Origin: Paecilomyces variotii
Taxonomy: Eukaryota
DNA length: 64,000 nucleotides
NCBI GenBank assembly: GCA_004022145.1
Contig: RCNU01000005.1
Reading direction: 5' to 3' (one strand)
Each line of letters begins with the position of its first letter. Position 1 is the stretch's first letter. A program made the translations under genes and the position numbers. The notes under the pieces were generated by a model. The model saw nothing but the letters and a program-made list of their open reading frames with translations, did no database searches and was not told the origin of the DNA. Shown in pieces: positions 35,620-47,346 of this stretch.

Positions 35620-36855
35620 CTACGGTTGCGCATCCATTCTCATCTTCTTTAATTCCCCCACGACCTTCTGAGTATCCCAACCCTCCTGAAGGGCACGGAG
35701 GAGAAGCTCCTGCTCGCTTTCTGGCGCCATACCACTCGGAGAAGGGGGTCTCTTATCCAAATTCGTCGGAAACGGATATCCTTCCGCCACAGACTGGACA
35801 AACGACTTGATACGCTCGCTCAGAAATTTCCCCTCAGATATATACTTTTGGGTCAAGATGTCCCAGGTCACTTCGACTAATGGAATGGCATCGACAGTTT
35901 CCATTGGCTTGCCGAACGGGCTGCTGATCTGTAGCAGGTTCGCAGAACGGTGGAAGTTACCCTCGAGAGGGGTCTCATTGGCGCCAGCAGCATGGAAGAT
36001 GGCTGGGTTGAAGAAGATACCGTCACCCAGGCACAGTGGCAGAGCAACGTAGTGTTTCTGAAAGAAGGCTTGGAAGTCTTCCCGACGGTAGGCCAGGAAG
36101 CCTGGCGGGAACGTCTGGCTGAAGGGGAGGAGGCGCGTAGGGCCTGACTCGATGGGCATCGCGCTGTGAGCGACGGCACCCTGAAGTGTCAGGAATTGAC
36201 TGTTAACGTGGGCAGAGCGTGGAAAACGCAAGGATCTCTCAAAGTCCTGAAATCCAAGATGATAATCACGATGAGGGTTCTGTGCAGCACCCCCGGGCTT
36301 CACGACGTTGACCTGTGCCGTGACGCGGTATCCGGGACCCAACCACGCATCACAGACAAGGGCCAGCCAAGGATTGGAGTAATAATCGACGAAAGAAGCT
36401 GGATCTTCCAATGCATGCTTGCTGAAGGAGTTCCAGATGCGGTCGTTACGCCCACCCGCGGCAAAGTGGTCGCCCTTTTGCGCAGTGGCAGCCTCGCGCT
36501 CACGCTTGACGATCTGTTGAAAAGCGTTGCTGGCGGCAGAGAGGGTGTGACCATACTGAGAAGGAGCATACATTCCCTTTAGGACGAAGAACCCAGGACC
36601 AGAATGTAGGATATGATACCATTCATCCTGGAGACGCGCGGCAGTTGCATGGTCCGGGGCGGGTGTTGACAACTCGTAAATGGGTATGTTCTTTTCGATG
36701 GCGGCAGCAAGTGGATACGTCTCTGGACGAGTAACCTGAGAGCAAATGATCTCGAATTCTGCGAGAGACACAGAGTCTTCAGAAAAGAGACGCACGCTCG
36801 TATCTGTGGCGGAGTGTTGATGACCGTTCATTCTCTTTGTTTTGTCGTGAGTCAT
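35620..36855 (-). CDS. Phytanoyl-CoA dioxygenase (PhyH) family Fe(II)/2-oxoglutarate oxygenase; intronless
   Basis: NDRIWN, AQNPHRDYHLGF (HxD), SGPTRLLPFSQ, GDGIFFNPAIFHAAGAN (third His) and RSANLLQISS. The likely ATG is at 36855 or 36831; the ORF-track start is not an ATG. Confidence 0.9.
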   Translation of the reverse strand: MTHDKTKRMNGHQHSATDTSVRLFSEDSVSLAEFEIICSQVTRPETYPLAAAIEKNIPIYELSTPAPDHATAARLQDEWYHILHSGPGFFVLKGMYAPSQYGHTLSAASNAFQQIVKREREAATAQKGDHFAAGGRNDRIWNSFSKHALEDPASFVDYYSNPWLALVCDAWLGPGYRVTAQVNVVKPGGAAQNPHRDYHLGFQDFERSLRFPRSAHVNSQFLTLQGAVAHSAMPIESGPTRLLPFSQTFPPGFLAYRREDFQAFFQKHYVALPLCLGDGIFFNPAIFHAAGANETPLEGNFHRSANLLQISSPFGKPMETVDAIPLVEVTWDILTQKYISEGKFLSERIKSFVQSVAEGYPFPTNLDKRPPSPSGMAPESEQELLLRALQEGWDTQKVVGELKKMRMDAQP

Positions 36856-37521
36856 ATAAGTTCGAATCAAGAGAGGAGAATGGTAAAGAAACAGAGCACT
36901 TTGCTGAGTCGTGCCAATTGAAATACTTGCTTTATCAAGGCCAGTATTGATCAATTCAGACAGCCTTTCCACACAATTTCTCTCTGCTTCTATCAAAGGC
37001 AAAGATCTCACTGAACAGATTGTTAATGGCAATGAGAAAGCCGGGCAGAACGCAATCTTATATCACTCGCAGCACACAGAATCGAGCCGACGAAATAGAA
37101 CTCAATGTTTGCCTTCGGAAATTCGTTTCAGTGACGAATGTTCAGCTGATGTCGGCGGTTCCCCAGTGCGGAGAAGTGTGAGTGTTACTTAGTACGTCTG
37201 GCGGAAATAATGGGTGGGGTGAACTCCGGATAAAAAGTACTCAGGAGTCCGTCTGGCAAACCTGAAATAAAACTACTATATATGATTACTGCTCTGATAT
37301 TGTTCACAGGAAAGTATACATCAGAAATTCTAGCAACTCCTCCGAAGAATGGATCTTGCTGACTTCTACGCTTGAATCCAAAAGCGAAATTGGCGCACAC
37401 CCTGTTCTCTCGTACAGAACCACAGGGAAAATAATATACTATACATGACAATTGCCGCCTTCACTGCTGGGAAGCTGTACGGTTGAGATTGTTTGTACAG
37501 AAGAACAAGGTTACGTGGCAG

Positions 37522-37543
37522 TTTCGGAAAATGGTCTCCGAAA
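37522..37543. promoter_or_regulatory. CGG-N10-CCG inverted repeat upstream of the PhyH gene; candidate Zn2Cys6 site
   Basis: TTTCGGA-AAATGGTC-TCCGAAA, with further CGGA(A/T)A half sites at about 37116, 37202 and 37227. Confidence 0.45.
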
Positions 37544-38032
37544 GGACGGCCACGATGAAATTCACTATAGGCTGACCCCTAAAAGAGGACCAGGATAACC
37601 TGAAGTAGCTTTTGAGATAGCGTCTGCCAATTGTAGAAGTGAGATGGTTATGACTCCTATGCTGCACCATTAGATTTTAAGCAATGAGAAAACCAGAAGT
37701 CGTGGCGCTGACAATCCGCAGCTGACATTACCCAGCGCAAAGGGCCACATATGAAGCAGCCCAAGTTCAGATGATAAACCAAGATTATAACACACATCAT
37801 GGCATCTCATACGTGGACAAACCCTCAAGGTAATATGTGATAGATAATGAAAATGAGGGAATTTGAACGCCGTGAACATGTCTAAACGCCCATATTCGCT
37901 TCCCTCGATCCATGAAACTCATGAAAACATTCCTCGAAATCGCAAGACATAAGGGGCTTTCGATGGAGAAGAGGCCTCTTGATAGGAAAGATAAACGATC
38001 ATCGCTAGAACCTTAGTCCTCATTCAACAATG

Positions 38033-40259
38033 CTATAACGGGCAATTGCCCCTTACAGTGTTGGACTCCAAGAATATAGGGTGTTCCGGAGCGCGTCCGA
38101 TCCGCAGCGAGTCCGTGACAATAATTTGGTTTGGCGGGATTTCCGAGAGCACGGTGGGATTCCCAGACGTGGAGAAGAGAACCTTCAGAATGGTAGGCTT
38201 GGTCCCAGTAGCTCTGTTTCTTGATGTAGGACTTGGGCGGTTTGTACGTCTGACGAGGATCCGAACAAGTGACTGGAGACAACTCTCGGTCGATTCGTCA
38301 TTGAGCACGTGAAGGCTACCGATCACGCAGACTAGGACCGGCGGTACGAAATTGAGTAAGGTATCGAAGACAGATATTGCCTCATCCCACGTGTTCAGGG
38401 TGCCGTCTAGCTTACGGAAACGTTCTGCGCTTGGATCAGAAGAAATCTCGCAATCCAGAACAGGCGGTGCAAGCTCGATCAATTGTCGGATCAAACTGTA
38501 TACCAATGCCACAAGTCCATGACCACTTGTATTGCTTCCGTCCGAGCTCTGCGACAGAGGAGAACAGAAGTGTGATATCACTGGCAACCCTGCCTGTCGC
38601 GCTGACCAAGTGTAGTGTCCCGAAAGAATGGTAGCTGGGCAGGGATAAGACGTCACGGAGGGACATGCGATCGCGAGTACCTGGGATGGCGAACTGAGGG
38701 TCCATTCCCTCAAAGTCGTAATCACGCCGGGGTCAGCGTATATCTCCAGAGGGAGCTCGAGGTTCAATAATTGATCGTCATTGTCGAAGAAGTCTTGGAG
38801 GTCCTTGGAAGAAAGTTCCAGCTCCACCCTCGATACCTTGCGTTTAGATGTCTTGGAAGCCGCGATGCTGGGAATAACTTGGGCTTCTGGGTTTAGCCTA
38901 GACCTGATAAGAAATGCAAGAGAAATAGTTTCCGTACCAATATCTTCCAACGCCGTGGCGGTCACGACCTCGTCGTTCTTACCACGCTTCAACCCATGGA
39001 CCTTCTGCTCTAACAAGTGAACTAGCTGCGAAAGGAGCATGTCTTTTTCATCCGCCATTCTCTTTCGCTCGTTGGCATCTTTTTGGATTTCCCATAGCAG
39101 TTGACGGATGATGGTATTCTGTGAAGCAACATGGCGATCCGTTCCTCTCAATCCGGCTTGGCTTAAACGTGCCTCTTCCATCTGGTAGAGCGTTGCACGT
39201 GAGAGATTCGTTCCGCCCTTCATTCCTATCGCCGCGGTGAGATAAGTCGTGTCTATTCGTTCGAGATTGATCGAACTGCAGGTCTCTCTTATCACGTGGA
39301 CGAGATACTGAAGGTCAGAATAAAAGTCTTGGTGATGGCTCTTCAGAAGACGACATTTGGCCTTCTTAGTGTACCAATACATGAACTCTCCGAAGAAGAG
39401 GAAGATCTGAGAGTAAAGAGTAGCGATAGGGTATAGCACCCTCATGGATGCGTCGAGTCCGGCGCCTCGAGCGGAAAAGATCGCTTCGTTGATTTCGACG
39501 AGAGCTTGTGAAAGGCCTTCTGCGACCTTGTGATACTTGGCTGAAGCCTGTACATATGCACATGGCATGTTTAGCTTGAGGCATTAAATCACTACCATCG
39601 CAGTAAGATCATCAGTCTTACCTTAATCACAGACTGAAGGACACGGTAAAGAAGAGAGCGATATCTCTCCCCTCGGGGAAATGCACATAACAAAGCTGAA
39701 TGGGCATCCAGGGCCGTAGCACATGATCCAAGCAGCGTCGTTGACCATCGTAAGTGATGACACCCGCGAGTACTTGATGCCCAGACTTCTTCTGCCTGGC
39801 GGATCACTCGCAGGACATCTTCATCGGTTGGGGCATCCTGTTCTAGATCACTATGATCGTCCGGGAACAGATTCTTGTTAAATGCCTGACAGGTTCTCGC
39901 GAGTTCATTGTACTCGTTATCGAGTTTTGTCAGAGAATCGCTAGTGATGGAGCCGCATCAGTATGGATAGAACATGACAGAATAAAATATAATCATGAAG
40001 ATAGACAAGAGATGTCTGTGGAAAAGCCACACACCGATTCGTGCTTCAGGCTTCCCTGCGGACATCATGACTCAAAAAGGCCCATTGTCTACCATGTATA
40101 ATATCAATATGAATGAAAAGACGGGATATACCTGGCGAGCGGATTCTGCTCATAGATGTCCCCATGTTTGATCTTGAAGCCAGCATCATTGCTGGTACGG
40201 TGGAGCGACGGCTTCTCAGCGGCTCTGGGGTTTTGGTCGAAGTGGATCAGATGGTCCAT
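38033..40259 (-). CDS. Hypothetical protein with a NACHT-associated N-terminal helical region and a degenerate P-loop-like domain
   Basis: Multi-exon gene. Probable start MDHLIHFDQN at 40259. LDAHSALLCAFP...LYRVLQSVIK-ASAKYHKVAEGLSQAL spans an intron. The long 3' exon has LREWTLSSPSQVLAIACP, LPVISHFC, LVALVYSLIRQLI, VLVCVIGSLHVL and LKVLFSTSG. The 5' exon structure is uncertain. Confidence 0.7.
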
Positions 40260-41764
40260 CTCCCACCCGCACTGCGACTCTTCTGCTTCCTCAACACAGG
40301 TCTGGAGTGATCTGAAGGTTGTGCTACTCTCTCCTCAGGACGACAGGTCACCGGCGACAGTATCATGTCAATAAAAGGGGGTTTGACTCTGGGATGTTCC
40401 ACCGTTCGACGGGCTTGTTGGGCGTTCGCAGCCACGAGGCAACGACAATACGTCCAAGAGCGACACATTGTGAGAGCGATCAGGGCCCCTCGGGCTGCCA
40501 GTGTATCTGACGGTCGACGAGAGCCTCGACCTCGCCCAGAACGAATATTTACAGGGAATGTAGCGCCTCCTCGTCGCCCAGACCAATGAGACGCATCCGT
40601 TTTCCTCTTGTTTGCGACGGCGCGGGAGGAGGCCGGACGCTTTTCCACGCAAGCTCAGCCCGTCAAGTTCCGAATAACTCAGGTTGTGGACTTTGCTCAG
40701 CTACCAGAATAATGATAAAGTAGCATCAGTGTTACCATATTATTATTTTTCTCCACCAGTTTTGGCGTTGTGGGCGCCTTGATCGGTGCTACTGAAAAAG
40801 GCGCTCGCGATTCGGTATGGCCCGTCCTGTCATCTATATATAGAGTACCAGTACATTTTTCGCGATCAGATCCTTTGACAGCGGGCAACTGTGCGCACCC
40901 GAGCTTTTTTCTCCCTTTTCGTCTTGATTGAGTTAAGTAAACGACTGCTGTCCTGGTCGCTCTTATACGATTCTCTGCTCGAAGACTTTGCACTGCAATA
41001 AAGAAACATACAGTGGACAAAAGACGTGGCTTCATTCGTGACCACCACAGTTCAGCCTCCCGATAGTGTCTTGTGCTTCGAAGTGTCAGATCTCGAGGAA
41101 TAGATGCGAGCCCGCATTCAAAATTAACAAATCGCTTTGCAGGTGGCGAGCAACATTTACTTTGAGCGAATGGTGGCATTGTCGCTGACTGGGGTCTATA
41201 TGCTGACTGGCCACAAGTTCATGTATCTGTCTTCTTTTGATACCTTCCACACACAGAACGATGCCTGGCAGCACGGAAAGTTGCGGATATGATACTAGTC
41301 AATACGCAGACTTGCAATCTGAGCAATTGATGGCTCTTCACTGAGCTTTTGCTTATACCCTAAGGGTAGAAGTAGAGACGAAACCAGAAGACTAGGTAAC
41401 TAAGTGATCCTTGATACCTATCAAGAGATCAATCGATTCTGCACCATCTATGAGCGATCTGCGATCCCTATCAGATCTTCCGTGGCTGCGGGAGGTAGGG
41501 GAAACTGAGTCGCTAGTATAGGCTGTACTACGGGAGAGCCAGGTTAATACCTACATATAAAGATAATCATGGACATCGACAAGCCTGAGTAACGGTCAAC
41601 TTTAAATAGTCCCATCCATGATCCTAGAGGCTAGGTAATTGTGATTGCGGTAGGGCCGCTCGATGATCATTTCAGCCTCTATCTCGCACGGTCCACAAGT
41701 GATCTCGAGAGTAATTCCATACGTCTCCACATCAAGGCAAAGTGTAAGAGAGGAAGTCAAAATG

Positions 41765-41829
41765 ATAAAAAAAAAAAAAAAAGGCACGCAGGGGAAGAAT
41801 AAAAAAAGAAAAGAAAAGAAAAGAAAAAA
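41765..41829 (+). repeat. Poly-A and (GAAAA)n low-complexity purine tract
   Basis: A16 run followed by AAAGAAAAGAAAAGAAAAGAAAAAG. A similar AAG/A tract lies at 43215-43252. Confidence 0.8.
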
Positions 41830-44437
41830 GGTTTAGGGATGGTTCACGGAACCACACACGTATGGGACGAGAGCGAACGCGCGCATATTCGACGACGGCA
41901 GCGAGATTCCCCGGTATAACACACTTGAAGTCCCGCATATGATACACGCGCTGCAGCTCCTCGGGTCAGGCATTGGGAATATCAAACTCTCATCATCTGT
42001 ATTCAGTACTGCATGGTAATATAGCCGTCACGAATACAAACGGAGCAGCATAGCCAGTGGTTAGTGGCCTCGAGAATCGACAGTAGACATGTTAGCTCCA
42101 AAGTTGAAAGCGGTGTAAGCAAGATAGCTCTGTGCGCGTTGGCCACTCTTATGAGTGCCGTCAACAACCCGATCGAGTAATAACTGAGGAAGGTCTGCCA
42201 GCTTTAGGCGCATGGCGGGGTGGGCATGGTGTCTCCCCGGATCCTGCGGCTCAGTAGCACAGTAGCACCGCGGAAAATACCCTAGCAGACACTATCCCCA
42301 TGCCAAGAGCGCACGAACTCTGGGGTCGATGTGTGATGCTGAATAGGTAGAAGACCTGGTGGGTAATTTCTGACTGACAGTGGGTTAGGTTGTTCTGCCG
42401 GGAGGCATTCGTTGATGCTCGATGAGGGGCAGTGCGCGATCTAAAAGGACCAGGGGCCATGCTATCCTAGTCCTTTCTAGGCTCGTCGGGTCAATTACTT
42501 TACAAAGCTCCAGGAGAGAGACCCTGACGGGCCTGACCAATTTCATGCATATGGCACAATTGAGGTAAATAATGCGTTGCACTACCTAAACTGCGGAGAC
42601 GATGCAGACGGTTGCCAATCTCTGCAATGGCAAGCGCCAGCACATCTTGGTGTAGTCCCCGAGTCAAAAACCAGATTTCACTCTTTCCCAGTATTATTGT
42701 CATCGTTAGTTAGCATGCAAGTTGATGTTGGCTTGGCTGGTGGCGGCTGCACTGTCAGAAATGGCTGGTATTAGTTCACTCCCAGACGCCAGAACCTATC
42801 TGTTTGATCTCCATAACCTTCAATATTAATGCATCGAGGCAGATCACCCGACGAGCGATAAATAGGCGAATTGGGTGGTCGGTACTACGGAGTACTTAGG
42901 TAAGGCGCGCCTCGACCTAGAAGTATACAATAGATCAGCGGTGCTGGAAGGGTGCCGTAGATAGCAGCGTCACAGGCCGATCGCAGCGCTTGGACGCGTC
43001 GTGGAGGAGGGGTTGGTGCTTACTCCGTACTGGGAGTTAATTAACTAACTATCAGCATTGTGTTAGCAACAATACCGACCTGCAGAGGCTGAAGGCGTGG
43101 TGAAGAGGTATCCGTGGTTCACTGGACTGTAGTTTAGTTACAATGTGGCCATCGATGGACTGACGCATGGCTCTTTACCGCATCAGGATGGTCCTGGGGC
43201 ACTGGCAGAAGGCCAAAGAAGAAGAAAAAAAAAGAAGAAAAAGAAGAAAAAAGGTCATGGCTGGATGATCTCCGCAGTTTGGCGCCGATGATCGACAGAC
43301 GGAGACGGCAGGTCGGTGGGATCGCAACAGCCGGAAGAGGGAGGGAAACAGGTCGATCGGCGAGATTCCTGCTCTAGAATCCTAGATAGAGTAGCACAGA
43401 GCTCAAACCTGGAGAGCTTCATGTCTTATTGCCATCCAGAGAAGCTGTCCATCGCGAGTGTTGTCGATGGAGAATTAGATAGTAGTTAGTTGGTACTCCA
43501 TGGTAATTATTATCATTATATCATTATCATTATACACAATCTTCTTCGGTCAACACCCGACAGAATCAAGAATACATAATATGAATGATCGCCTTGTGCC
43601 GCTAGTTTCTTCCTAGTTACTGCTTATCTTATCCGGCCCCCTCAGACCAGACTGTTTCCAGTAAGTCGTCCAAAGTCACCAGCAAATGAATATTATTATT
43701 GATCGTCTTGACACTCCGATCCGGGTCCACTGGATGGCCAAAGAGGCACAACTACGGAGTAAAAGTCATCATACTAATCATGTTAGACTAGACTATCGTA
43801 TCTTGTTCCCTGGCGCTGGCCGCGGAGATATCACATCGCAAGAGACGAGCACGAGCAGTAGTCCCCCGCCCTTCGAAGACTTCTTTCTCTTCCCACAATC
43901 TGTTCATTAATTAATTAATTCATTCATTCATTTATTCATTTGTCAATCAATAATTAAACATTCCCAGCGCAAAAGGTCAAACAACATAAAACGAGGGTTT
44001 CATGGTGACACCAGTCTCCCCCTCGTCCGACAAGCCCTGTTCCAGATCGCCCGGATGCACGGCGGATGCTCCACCGTTGATTGAGTGAGACTGTGAGCCT
44101 GACATAAACTCCTCCACACTTCTGCCCTTCGGCCCCCCGGCGATTCGAGCGCTCATCGAGACGCTGGCGCCGTCCAGAAAAAATCGAGCAAAGTGAGCAG
44201 ACGGCCGGTTGATCCCAGTTGTCCCTACGAATAACAGTCGTCCCTCCGGCAGTGGGACGGATCGCTCTCCGCATTGACGTCTGCACTCGGTTGCGCTGGC
44301 TCGGCTTCATCCTCAGAACCACCAAGGCGGCCTGCTGGGGAACGCAGAGAGACACGACCCGACGGTTCGCCGTCATCCCGCCCACCGGGCACCGTAAGTC
44401 GATCGTCAGCTCATTGTTCTCCTTCCCTATAACCACG

Positions 44438-46215
44438 ATGAGCTGCCGACGGTCCCGTTTCACTCTCTCGCCGTCGATATCATGTCTACTGCTGCTGCTG
44501 CTGCTCTTCTTCTCTACTGTCTCTGTCACTCGTGCCCAGAGTCTGTCGGCTGTCACGGTCCTTCCGTCCAATAACTCGCAGGATCTTGTCTGGACGGGGA
44601 TCCTTCGATTCAACTTGCGCAGCACACAGGTTGAGCTTCCGTCAGTGGTCGATTTGGCACCTTTGACCCGGTCGCTCGTCGCCTCCGACCAGAGTAGCTT
44701 CACAGTGAGTTTGTTCCCCGATGGAGGGAAACCTCGGAGATGTGATCGATGCTGACGAGCGGTGGGGCCAACCAGAAGTTCGGCGTCACAGGAGATCTAG
44801 TGAATGTCGATGCCTCCAATTCCGCAAATCTGAAGAGTGGTCAAATCGCGTATATCAGTTGTGATAATTCCGCCTACCCTGGAAATATAGGCCCTGGCGC
44901 GACCGTCGCGAACGTGATCACATCCCACCAAGCCGCTGCCATCCTGCTGTATAGTTCCCAGTCGAACCACTGCAACTTCACCGCGGATGCCTCCTTGCCC
45001 TCCTATCAGAACATCTTCACAGTCTTGATCTCGGACAGCAGCCTCCAGATCAAGCAACACATTGATTCAGGGAATAGTAGTGGCTCGACCAGTATAGTGC
45101 CGGACATGTCGACGGTCAGCACGGCTCAGCCGTCCGGCGGCTCTGGGGACAACGGGGATACTGGAAGCCCCAATAATGGTTCGTCCTCCTCTGGAAATCT
45201 AGCTGAACAATTGCCAACCACGCCTGTAGCCATGATAATCCTCTATAGTATCACCGGAGTCATCACCGCACTCTTCCTATGCATCATCATCACCGGAGCC
45301 GTTCGTGCCCATCGACATCCCGAGCGATATGGCCCTAGAAGGACGGCAGGTCGACCACGGCAGAGCAGAGCACGAGGCATAGCACGGGCTATGCTGGAAA
45401 CGATACCCATAGTCAAGTTTGGTGATCCTTACGAGGCATCTGATCCCGCCAAAGCAGATATCGAAATGGCATCGGGCAGTGAAGAGGAGGGAGGAGACGC
45501 TTCTCCGGAAGGAAGGAAATCTGCTTCGGGTCAGGAAGCTATCGAGATGACTGGATCCGGTGCGGATGCGACGAAGTCGACTGATGTGGAGAAGGCGCCT
45601 CAGGCCGCCGCCAAAACGACCGGCTCCTCTGGCCCAGAACAGAACGCCCAGGAATCTGGGAACTATTCCTGCCCGATCTGTACGGATGATTTTGTTAAAG
45701 GACAAGATCTGCGAGTGTTGCCTTGTAACCATCAATTCCACCCCGAATGTGTTGATCCGTGGCTCGTCAATGTGTCTGGAACCTGTCCGCTCTGGTAAGT
45801 GTTGATATCCTGGCATAAATGGTGCGGTCAATTGCTAATACGCCTCAGCCGTATCGATCTCAACCCTGCACAGGCTGAGGAAGATGGCCCGGAAACAGAA
45901 CACGGGGACAACGCGGCTCCTGTGGACCATCAGGGCGCCGAGCAAGCAGCAGATGTCCCGAACACGCGACACAATCGCTTGTCCTCATACTTCCACAATA
46001 CGCTGAATGTCCGACGGATGCGAGAGGCGTCCGTAGAGGAGCGGATTGCTACGTTACGACGGTTCCGACAGGCCAACCGTGACAGTGCAAATGCTGAGAC
46101 TGCGGAAGAGACGGAAAACCGACGAAACTGGCTCACGTCTCCACTCCGTGATCGATTCAGAATACGAACGAGGCAACATGATGGGCCATCTACTGCACCA
46201 GCATCAGAATCTTGA
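44438..46215 (+). CDS. Transmembrane RING-H2 E3 ubiquitin ligase with signal peptide and luminal PA-like domain (RNF13/ATL-like)
   Basis: Signal peptide CLLLLLLLFFSTVSVTRA, luminal IAYISCD...AAILLYS, TM MIILYSITGVITALFLCIIITGAV-RAHRHPERYGPR, and RING-H2 CPICTDDF...LPCNHQFHPECVDPWL...CPLC-R. Introns 44705-about 44776, 45179-45229 and 45795-45848. Confidence 0.9.
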
Positions 46216-47346
46216 TTTATCTGTTCCTGGTACAGGGGTCATCTACAGCCTTGCCTCCCGGTGAGGTGCTTTTACGGCGTGGCGTTTCCGGTTACGGATC
46301 ACTGCTGCAATTCATTGAGACACGTCTGTGATGCATGATGTATGATGTTGGCTTTTATTTTTATTTTCTTTTTTATTTTTCTTTTTCCATATTCGTTGAG
46401 ACTATTACCGCTTATAAACGGATTCAAAGTCCAACCTTACGTCGGTACGAGATTTACTTTGCAACGTCTTGGTTTGGCTATGGAGTTCCTGGGTTCATCG
46501 CTGCTAAGCGACTGGAGGGCGTTGCATTCGTCAAGAGGAATCGGTTATTTTGTTTTCTTTCTTTTTTGTGGGAAGGGGGTTGATGGAATTACAGCAGCCA
46601 GGACATGTGTATCGACCGGCTGTATGTACATATCTTCCATGCATTGTATGTATTTTCCTTCGGGCCATGTGTAAGGGTTAGACGGGATATATCTTCGGTT
46701 GTGGTCTATATATCACCAGGATCACTAATCAATATCATCTAGAAGCGCATCATCGTCCGCAACAAACATTAGAGCATCCAACCTCACTCCGTTCGCAGGG
46801 ACCTTAGTACATGTGTAGTATAATATCTGACGTTGACAGAACATTGGTGACGCCACGCGGACAACCACCACTCATGATCCTGCACGGGTCAAGATCACCA
46901 GCAAGTACAGGATCCATATCTAACCCCCTCCCCCTCAATTGACATCACGAAACCAACACCGCAACTGAAACAGCAACTAGACTCTTACCCCTATCTATCT
47001 ATCGAAGGAAAACACAGGACCAGTATAGGAACCACCAAGCTCGCTCCACCTGCGCATGCAACAGCTGCCCTTCAGCTCTGCCATTCAATTTTGCAAATGG
47101 AAAATACTTAGTCGTGAAGCATGCGATATCTCAAGAAGTGGAAAATCATCGTATCCTGACGCATAAGGAACAGCCTCTCGCTATCTGTGGCTCATTTTAT
47201 TCTTCTGTCATTTAACGGTCTGTATAGCTGCCAATTCTTGCAGAGGACTGAATAAATTACGTTATTACAGAGATTATTGGATACTTCCGAACGAGTGCAT
47301 AAAGTAGATATATGTAATTTGCTTCATCTCGCGCAACACTATCTCT

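Noticed and set aside
36856..37032. N-terminal extension of the PhyH ORF shown in the track (470 aa)
   Set aside because: It begins at a non-ATG codon. The first ATGs are at 36855 and 36831, and the extension looks like UTR.
42040..42130. tRNA-like 5' segment (GCATAGCCAGTGGTTAG resembles an A-box/D-loop)
   Set aside because: No GTTCRA T-loop and no acceptor-stem pairing downstream.
43954..44703. 249-aa minus-strand ORF
   Set aside because: Antisense to the RING-ligase exon 1 and its GC-rich leader, non-ATG start, and no domain.
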